Shown: one piece after another, positions 10,118-16,100 of the stretch
How the letters are laid out: each line of letters begins with the position of its first letter
Position numbering within the stretch: the first letter of the stretch is position 1
Virus genome (UHGV): UHGV-0340572
Length of the DNA: 16,100 bases
Source of the DNA: a virus
Direction: 5' to 3' (one strand)
Made by a program: the position numbers and the translations under genes
Notes under the pieces: model-generated
Database searches by the model: none
Told to the model about the DNA's origin: nothing
What the model saw: the letters and a program-made list of their open reading frames with translations, nothing else

Positions 10118-10572
10118 TGATTCAGTTCAAACCAACGCGAAACATCGACCTGATCGAAGCGGTAGGAAATCACCCTGACATTATCGCCGGGAGCAACAAC
10201 GGTGATGGATACGACTACAAACCTGATTGCCGTTACTTTGAGGTGAACGTGCACGGGCAGTTCGGCGGCATTGTTTACTATCAGGAGATTCAGCCGCTGA
10301 CATTCGATTGCCACGCCATGTACCTGCCAGAGATTCGCGGCTTCAGCAAGGAAATCGGGCTGGCGTTCTGGCGATACATTCTGACTAACACCACCGTTCA
10401 GTGCGTCACATCGTTCGCCGCACGCAAATTCCGCCACGGGCAGATTTACTGCGCAATGATTGGCCTTAAGCGTGTAGGAACCATCAAGAAATACTTTAAA
10501 GGCGTGGATGACGTGACTTTTTACAGCGCCACACGCGAAGAACTAATCGACTTCCTGAATCACGGGAGATAG
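10117..10572 (+). CDS. 14: P22 gp14-like virion assembly/ejection-associated protein, 151 aa
   Basis: Occupies the position of gene 14 between the needle gene and gene 7. ATG at 10117 overlaps the needle stop (TGATG); the track's start at 10114 is a GTG one codon upstream. Assignment is by synteny and size; I cannot recall the gp14 sequence confidently. Confidence 0.65.
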   Translation: MIQFKPTRNIDLIEAVGNHPDIIAGSNNGDGYDYKPDCRYFEVNVHGQFGGIVYYQEIQPLTFDCHAMYLPEIRGFSKEIGLAFWRYILTNTTVQCVTSFAARKFRHGQIYCAMIGLKRVGTIKKYFKGVDDVTFYSATREELIDFLNHGR

Positions 10573-10574
10573 CC

Positions 10575-11267
10575 ATGTTATATGCATTTAAGCTGGGCAG
10601 AAAACTGCGCGGCGAGGAACCTTATTGCCCTGAAAAGGGTGGAAAAGGTGGCAGTTCTGATAAAAGCGCAAAGTATGCCGCAGAAGCTCAGAAGTATGCA
10701 GCAGACCTGCAAAATCAGCAGTGGCAGACGATCATGAAAAACCTTGCTCCGTTCACGCCTCTTGCGGAGCAGTATGTTAACCAGTTGCAGAATCTTTCCA
10801 GTTTAGAAGGTCAGGGGCAGGCACTTAATCAGTATTACAACTCTCAGCAGTATAAAGACCTTGCAGGTCAGGCGCGTTACCAGAGTCTTGCTGCTGCGGA
10901 GGCGACGGGTGGACTTGGTTCGACAGCCACAAGCAATCAACTGGCTACGATCGCGCCGACACTCGGTCAGTCTTGGTTATCAAACCAGATGAGCAATTAC
11001 AACAATCTGGCAAACGTTGGGCTTGGTGCGCTGCAAGGTCAGGCAAACGCCGGGCAGACGTACGCCAACAACATGAGCAGCATTGCACAGCAAAGCGCAG
11101 CACTTGCCGCTGCTAATGCCAATAAACCATCAAGTCTTCAGACTGCAATTAGCGGTGGCACGTCTGGTGCGATTGCCGGTGCAGGTCTTGCCAGCCTTTT
11201 GGGAACATCAACGCCTTGGGGCGCTGGCATTGGTGCTGGTATCGGATTGCTTGGCTCGTTGTTTTAA
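10575..11267 (+). CDS. 7: ejection (E) protein gp7-like, 230 aa
   Basis: 230 aa vs 229 in P22 gp7; RBS GGGAG 6 nt upstream; Gln/Ala-rich with a Gly-rich hydrophobic C-terminus (AGAGLASLLG...GAGIGAGIGLLGSLF); conserved position. Confidence 0.85.
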   Translation: MLYAFKLGRKLRGEEPYCPEKGGKGGSSDKSAKYAAEAQKYAADLQNQQWQTIMKNLAPFTPLAEQYVNQLQNLSSLEGQGQALNQYYNSQQYKDLAGQARYQSLAAAEATGGLGSTATSNQLATIAPTLGQSWLSNQMSNYNNLANVGLGALQGQANAGQTYANNMSSIAQQSAALAAANANKPSSLQTAISGGTSGAIAGAGLASLLGTSTPWGAGIGAGIGLLGSLF

Positions 11268-11276
11268 GGGGTAATC

Positions 11277-12665
11277 ATGGCTACTTGGCAAGGAACAAAC
11301 GGCGGATTGTTGGCTGGTATCGGCGGCGTCAACTCAAACGCTCCGAGCGTAAATGACATCGGCAATACGCTTCAGCTTATCAGGCAGAACAATGATATTG
11401 AGCGTTCAGGCGCTAACAATGTTGGGCTGACTGCTTTGCAAGGCCTTTCAGGTATTGCGGGGGTGTTTCAGCAGGAAAAGCAGGCTCAGCGGCAGAAAGA
11501 ATTTCAGCAGGCATACGCTAATGCTTATGCGTCTGGTGATCGCGGTGCTTTGCGTCAGTTGGCTACTCAATATCCAGAACAGATTGAATCCGTTCGTAAA
11601 GGCATGGGATTCATTGATGAAGACCAGCGTAATTCTATCGGCACCTTAGCGGCTGGCGCACGCCTTGCGTCATCGTCTCCAGAAGCAATGCAATCATGGC
11701 TGCAAAACAACGCCAAGGAACTGACTCGCGTCGGTGTTGACCCTAACAGCGTTGCTCAGATGTATCAGCAGAACCCTTCAGGATTTGGTGAGTTTGTTGA
11801 TCACCTTGGAATGGCTGCTCTTGGTCCAATTGATTACTTCAATGTTCAGGACAAGATGGCTGGTCGTGAGATTGATCGCGGGAAACTTGCAGAGACAATC
11901 CGCAGCAATCAGGCTGGCGAGGCGCTAACAGCACGAGGCCAGAACATCACGATGCGCGGTCAGGACTTATCTGCTTCTACTGCGCGACGAGGTCAGGATT
12001 TGGCAATGCAGCGAGCGTCAACAAGAGGAATCGCTGGGAATGATGAGCGTACAGTTCAGTTATCAGATGGCAGAACTGTAACGGTAGGCGGGAAGCTTCA
12101 TGGCGCTGGGGCTAATGCGTTCTACGAAGGCATCGACAACGATGGGAATATGGTTCGCGTCCCTGCCAGTTCAATCGCTGCGCCTGCAACATCGTCTGCA
12201 TCAGCACAAAACTATGCCATGAAGAAGGATATCGACGCGATCGCAAATGCAGACGCTTCTGCTCTCGATTTCATGACAGGAATGACAGGTGGTGCAGGTA
12301 ATCCAGCAATTGGTGCTGATGTTCGCAGCCGATTAACGGGAAAAGAGCAGCGCCAGTTATATAACTCAGCACAACGTATTCAGGGCAGAATGCAGAATCA
12401 GGGTGTGGCGGCAGCAAGGGACATGGGTGCCAGTGGTATTAACACCGTTGCAGAAGCGAAGATGTATTTTCAGGGGATGCCGCAGGTTGACTATTCAAGC
12501 CCGGAGGCTATGCAGCAGTCGATTCGTGAGATTCAGGAATACACCAACAATTACAACCAACAATATAACGTTAATGTTGGTAAATCTCAGCGGCAGCAAT
12601 CTCAACCTGCACAGGTATCACAGCCAGCAGCCAGCAGTAACTTTTCTTCACTATGGGGTGATTAA
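11277..12665 (+). CDS. 20: ejection protein gp20-like, 462 aa
   Basis: Position after gene 7 and size near P22 gp20 (471 aa); RBS AAGGGG 5 nt upstream; stop overlaps the next start (TAATG). Confidence 0.82.
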   Translation: MATWQGTNGGLLAGIGGVNSNAPSVNDIGNTLQLIRQNNDIERSGANNVGLTALQGLSGIAGVFQQEKQAQRQKEFQQAYANAYASGDRGALRQLATQYPEQIESVRKGMGFIDEDQRNSIGTLAAGARLASSSPEAMQSWLQNNAKELTRVGVDPNSVAQMYQQNPSGFGEFVDHLGMAALGPIDYFNVQDKMAGREIDRGKLAETIRSNQAGEALTARGQNITMRGQDLSASTARRGQDLAMQRASTRGIAGNDERTVQLSDGRTVTVGGKLHGAGANAFYEGIDNDGNMVRVPASSIAAPATSSASAQNYAMKKDIDAIANADASALDFMTGMTGGAGNPAIGADVRSRLTGKEQRQLYNSAQRIQGRMQNQGVAAARDMGASGINTVAEAKMYFQGMPQVDYSSPEAMQQSIREIQEYTNNYNQQYNVNVGKSQRQQSQPAQVSQPAASSNFSSLWGD

Positions 12666-14662
12666 TGGCTAAAGCATGGAAAGATGTTATCGCCTCTCCA
12701 CAGTATCAGGCGTTAGCACCAGAACAAAAAGCGCAGGCTCAGGAGCAATACTTCAATGAAGTCGTTGCCCCGCAAGCCGGAGAAAATGCAGAGCGGGCTA
12801 AGCAAGCTTTCTATGCTGCCTATCCATTGCCATCTGTGCAGCCAGTGGGGACACAGCAACCAGTAGCACAGCAACAACCACAGCAAAGTGGATTCATGTC
12901 TGATCTTGGCGAAGCAGTAAAAGAGACTGGTCGCGGAATGGTGCAGGCTGGCGTGAACGTGGCAAACATACCTGCATCAGTTGCCGATGCTGTAACAAGC
13001 GCGGCGGCTTGGGCTGGCGGTAAACTCGGCATTGGCGATGGTACATATCAACCAGCACCACGAGTAACAACGCAGGGATTAGAGCAGGACTTTGGCCTTC
13101 AGCAAGGTGCGCTGACTCCACAAACGACAGAGGGAAAGGTATTTGCTGAAGCATTGCCTTACCTCACTCCTGCTGGCGTTGAGAGAGCGGCGGTACAGGC
13201 ACCAACACTTGCTGGTCGAATTGCTCAGGGGGCAACTCGCCTTCTAGCAGAAAACGCAGTTGGATCACTTGCTGCAAACAGTGCGAAAGATGATGCGGAA
13301 GCACTCGCCACCGATTTAGGCGTTGGTGTGCTGGCTGGCGGTGCTATTAACGCTGCCGGACGTGGATTAGGTGCTGCTTATCGTGGTGTTCGTGGTTCGA
13401 TAGCACCAGAAGCTCAACAGGCTATCAGGTTTGCAGAGCGTGAAGGAGTTCCTCTGCACACCACAGACCTGTTACAGCCTACTTCCCGCGTCGGGAAAAT
13501 GGCGCAGACTACAGCAGAAAATATCCCCCTGGCTGGCACAAGCGGAATGAGAGCAACGCAACAGGAAGCGAGAAGCCAGTTGGTGCAGAGATTTGCCGAT
13601 AAATTCGGTGAGTATGATCCAGCGGTTGTTATTGACAGCCTTAAAGCGAAAACATCAGGAATTCGTCGTGCCGCCGGTAATCGACTGGAGCAGGTTCAGA
13701 ATGCTATGGCTGGAGTAAACATTCAGCCTGCGCGAGCAATTCAGCAGATTGATACAGAAATATCTAATCTGCAGAAGCTTGGTAAGGTTGCTGATAACGA
13801 GACTATTTCAAAACTTCAGTCATATCGTGATGAGCTTGTTCGCAATGCTGGTCCTGATGGTCCGGTAAATCTGGATTTGAAGCAATTAAGCGATCTGCGC
13901 AGCCAGTTCAGAATGGACGTGAAGGGTGAACGACCAGTGTTACCAAACCGTTCCGATGCTGCCATTCAGCGCGTTTACAAGGCGATGACAGACGATATCA
14001 ATGGTGCCATTGGTCAGAATCTTGGCAACGATACTCTCCGTAAATATCAGCAGGCCAATGCCGTATACGCTGACGAAGCGGCGAAACTAAAGAATACCAG
14101 GCTGAAGAATGTTCTCATGAAAGGCGACCTGACGCCGGAAGTTGTCAACAACATGCTATTCAGCAAGAACAAATCGGAAATTAAGACGCTGTATAACTCA
14201 GTTGGTCGCGTTGGAAGAGCGCAAATGCGCAATGGCATCATTGGAAAGGCGATAGAGAAATCAGGTGGTTCACCTGACCAGTTCCTTCGACAGCTTAACA
14301 TCCTGCAAAACCAGACTGGCATCACATTTAAAGGTCAGGAAGCCGCTTATCTGAAAGGATTGAAAAACTACCTTCAGTCCACTCAGCAGGCAGCAAAAGC
14401 GGCAGTAACAACACCAACAGGGCAGCAAACCATCCCGTTCATTATCGGATATGGGACGGCAATGAACCCGGCGACAACTGGCGCAGCAGTAAGCTACGGA
14501 CTTCTTACTCGCGCCTATGAGAGCGAGCCATTCAGAAATGCAATGCTCCGAATGGCAAACACACCACGCGGATCAACAGCGTTTGAGAAAGTCATGCAGC
14601 AGGCGCAAAAGGCCATTAACGCCCTGACTCAGGGTGCCAAGTCTGATGCGTTGTCAGAATAG
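12665..14662 (+). CDS. 16: ejection protein gp16-like, 665 aa
   Basis: Last gene of the ejection-protein trio by synteny; Ala/Gly/Gln-rich; longer than the 609 aa I recall for P22 gp16. Confidence 0.82.
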   Translation: MAKAWKDVIASPQYQALAPEQKAQAQEQYFNEVVAPQAGENAERAKQAFYAAYPLPSVQPVGTQQPVAQQQPQQSGFMSDLGEAVKETGRGMVQAGVNVANIPASVADAVTSAAAWAGGKLGIGDGTYQPAPRVTTQGLEQDFGLQQGALTPQTTEGKVFAEALPYLTPAGVERAAVQAPTLAGRIAQGATRLLAENAVGSLAANSAKDDAEALATDLGVGVLAGGAINAAGRGLGAAYRGVRGSIAPEAQQAIRFAEREGVPLHTTDLLQPTSRVGKMAQTTAENIPLAGTSGMRATQQEARSQLVQRFADKFGEYDPAVVIDSLKAKTSGIRRAAGNRLEQVQNAMAGVNIQPARAIQQIDTEISNLQKLGKVADNETISKLQSYRDELVRNAGPDGPVNLDLKQLSDLRSQFRMDVKGERPVLPNRSDAAIQRVYKAMTDDINGAIGQNLGNDTLRKYQQANAVYADEAAKLKNTRLKNVLMKGDLTPEVVNNMLFSKNKSEIKTLYNSVGRVGRAQMRNGIIGKAIEKSGGSPDQFLRQLNILQNQTGITFKGQEAAYLKGLKNYLQSTQQAAKAAVTTPTGQQTIPFIIGYGTAMNPATTGAAVSYGLLTRAYESEPFRNAMLRMANTPRGSTAFEKVMQQAQKAINALTQGAKSDALSE

Positions 14663-14731
14663 CTTCGCAAACACCAGAAACGTGCAAAAACCAAATATGT
14701 AGAACGCAATATTCATCATATCTCTTTGCAT
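14654..14731 (-). CDS. candidate small hydrophobic peptide, 25 aa (MQRDMMNIAFYIFGFCTFLVFAKLF)
   Basis: On the - strand, 20 nt after the mnt stop: GGAGG, 4-nt spacer, ATG, then 25 codons forming one hydrophobic, transmembrane-like segment; the TGA stop overlaps the last codons of gene 16 antisense. Too short to be in the ORF track. Could equally be a deletion remnant. Confidence 0.3.
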   Translation of the reverse strand: MQRDMMNIAFYIFGFCTFLVFAKLF

Positions 14732-14751
14732 AAATCCTCCGTAATGGATGG

Positions 14752-15012
14752 TTAGTTGCTGTCTTTTTTATATAGCTCCTTGAGCGTATCAAAGACAATT
14801 TTCTTAACCATATCAGATTGTTGTTCTGCCATACGCTCTGCATCGTCAATGTAAACTGATGCAGAGCTTTGTTTATCCAATGATTCCTCAATCGCTGCAA
14901 TTATCTCTGAGTTCAGCGACCTGTTATTCATCTTCGCACGCTGCTTAATTTTCGCGTGAAGTTCATGCGGAAGTCTCAAGTGAAACTGCGCCTCGTCGTA
15001 TTTGCTGTACAT
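14752..15012 (-). CDS. mnt: Mnt-like ribbon-helix-helix repressor, 86 aa
   Basis: The track ORF (14752-15510, -) is over-extended across the tailspike start. From the internal ATG at 15012 the protein MYSKYDEAQFHLRLPHELHAKIKQRAKMNNRSLNSEIIAAIEESL...DDAERMAEQQSDMVKKIVFDTLKELYKK matches P22 Mnt as I recall it (HFNFRMPMEVREKLKFRAEANGRSMNSELLQIVQDAL...NDAERLADEQSELVKKMVFDTLKDLYKK). GAGG lies 8 nt upstream on the - strand. Confidence 0.8.
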   Translation of the reverse strand: MYSKYDEAQFHLRLPHELHAKIKQRAKMNNRSLNSEIIAAIEESLDKQSSASVYIDDAERMAEQQSDMVKKIVFDTLKELYKKDSN

Positions 15013-15147
15013 CCTTGATGCCTCACCAGTTGGGTGGAATGGCATCGTAAAACCTACTGTACAAATCAACAATCGTACCGTTTCGGTATGCAACAAACAC
15101 CAACCGTAGCCACGCTGCGGCGATTCCTTGTATCTGGAGCAAATTAA
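15013..15147. promoter_or_regulatory. divergent intergenic region between mnt and tailspike; probable promoter/operator region
   Basis: 135-bp non-coding gap between divergently oriented genes. Contains the inverted repeat TACCG-TTT-CGGTA (15076-15088), the palindromic hexamer TGTACA (15058-15063) and the imperfect 17-bp palindrome CCGTAGCCACGCTGCGG (15103-15119). I could not pick out convincing -35/-10 hexamers by eye. Confidence 0.4.
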
Positions 15148-16100
15148 ATGACAGACATTACAGCCAATGTGATTGTATCGATGCCTTCGCAACTCTTCAC
15201 TATGGCGCGTTCTTTTAAAGCTGTAGCCAATGGCAAAATTTATATCGGTAAAATTGACACTGACCCTGTAAATCCAGAAAACCAGATTCAGGTTTATGTG
15301 GAGAACGAAGACGGCTCTCACGTTCCTGTTTCGCAACCAATCATCATTAATGCTGCTGGATATCCGGTATATAACGGACAGATTGCCAAATTCGTAACTG
15401 AGCAAGGCCATTCTATGGCTGTATATGATGCGTATGGCACGCAGCAGTTCTATTTCCCTAATGTGCTGAAGTACGACCCTGATCAATTTGAGATTAGGCT
15501 TTCTAATCAAGACGGCGCTGGTCTTGTTGGGATTATGCCATATGGCACGGTACAGGATGCCATCAAATGGGTTGTCCCCGAGGTATTCCCCGGAAGTAAT
15601 GCGTCAGAAAAATTACAGGCAGCTGTAAATTATGCGGTTGCAAACAAAACGAGAGTTGTAGCATCAGGTGTGTACGATGTAACGGCCCCCGTCACCATCC
15701 CAGGAGACATCATTATCGATGCTTCTACTGGAGAATTTACCTTCAATGGCATTGATTATATTTTCCATCCGCTTGGCGCAAAATCAGTAGAGATTATCGG
15801 TGGTAAGTTCACCGCAAATGCATACCACACCCAGCGTCCTCAGGTAATTTTCAATGATTACCCTGATGGGCTGGCGAATTTGCCAACGCGAGTGGTGATA
15901 AAAGATATGCAATGCTTTAACTGCGGTGTTGGCTACATCATGGTTAACTGTCAGGACCCAACCAGCGTACATGTCTCAGTTGATAATAACTACTGCAAGA
16001 CTGATGACAACACAGATCAGTATATCTCTGATGCAGGAATGTCAGGTGAACAGGGTGAGGTATATCCATATCTGATGATTCTTGGCAACACGACTGCATC
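15148..16100 (+). CDS. 9: tailspike protein, 5' portion (truncated at window end); P22-type N-terminal head-binding domain with a different receptor-binding domain
   Basis: ATG at 15148 with GGAG 9 nt upstream. Translation MTDITANVIVSMPSQLFTMARSFKAVANGKIYIGKIDTDPVNPENQIQVY...NVLKYDPDQF matches the conserved P22-family tailspike head-binding domain. After about residue 113 the sequence (IRLSNQDGAGLVGIMPYGTVQDAIKWV...) no longer resembles P22 gp9 as I recall it. Open to the window end, so absent from the ORF track. Confidence 0.85.
   Translation, partial: MTDITANVIVSMPSQLFTMARSFKAVANGKIYIGKIDTDPVNPENQIQVYVENEDGSHVPVSQPIIINAAGYPVYNGQIAKFVTEQGHSMAVYDAYGTQQFYFPNVLKYDPDQFEIRLSNQDGAGLVGIMPYGTVQDAIKWVVPEVFPGSNASEKLQAAVNYAVANKTRVVASGVYDVTAPVTIPGDIIIDASTGEFTFNGIDYIFHPLGAKSVEIIGGKFTANAYHTQRPQVIFNDYPDGLANLPTRVVIKDMQCFNCGVGYIMVNCQDPTSVHVSVDNNYCKTDDNTDQYISDAGMSGEQGEVYPYLMILGNTTA

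Noticed and set aside
14623-14635. Near-perfect palindrome CCCTGACTCAGGG
   Set aside because: It lies inside the gene 16 coding sequence and has no adjacent U-tract on either strand; most likely incidental.
14663-14751. Expected bidirectional intrinsic terminator between the convergent gene 16 and mnt
   Set aside because: I could not find a GC-rich hairpin followed by a T-tract on either strand. The only T-run (14763-14769) lies inside the mnt coding sequence without a preceding stem, so no terminator is called.
14616-14900. 94-aa minus-strand ORF overlapping the 3' ends of gene 16 and mnt
   Set aside because: It overlaps the well-supported mnt reading frame in another frame and runs antisense into gene 16; no RBS; the composition looks like chance translation.
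14752-15510. 252-aa minus-strand ORF as given by the ORF track
   Set aside because: Its N-terminal two-thirds runs antisense across the intergenic region and the tailspike start. Only the C-terminal 86 codons (from the ATG at 15012, with an upstream GAGG) resemble a real protein (Mnt-like). The rest is read-through of an open frame.
1-16100. CRISPR arrays, tRNA or rRNA genes, IS elements or integrase
   Set aside because: No direct-repeat/spacer periodicity, no cloverleaf-like tRNA candidate in the few intergenic gaps, and no transposase- or integrase-like translation in any frame. Coding density leaves almost no room for them.

Overview
This window reads as the virion-morphogenesis module of a P22-like (Lederbergvirus-type) short-tailed phage or prophage, almost entirely on the + strand and tightly packed with overlapping stop/start codons. 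In order: a small ORF and a proteasome/HslV-like Ntn-hydrolase ORF, terminase small subunit (with a pac-like site inside it), terminase large subunit, portal, scaffold, coat, an intrinsic terminator, a small charged ORF, gp4, gp10, a tail needle with a C-terminal knob extension, gp14-like, ejection proteins gp7/gp20/gp16, a divergently oriented Mnt-like ribbon-helix-helix repressor on the - strand, and the 5' part of a tailspike gene running off the window end. All protein identifications rest on reading the translations and on my recollection of P22 proteins and gene lengths; no database search was possible. The points most worth follow-up are the proteasome-like peptidase gene sitting just upstream of the terminase genes, and the reduced immunity-I-like region: mnt only, no arc/ant/sieA seen, an altered DNA-reading beta-strand, and a 25-codon hydrophobic ORF behind it. 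No tRNA, rRNA, CRISPR array or transposase was seen.
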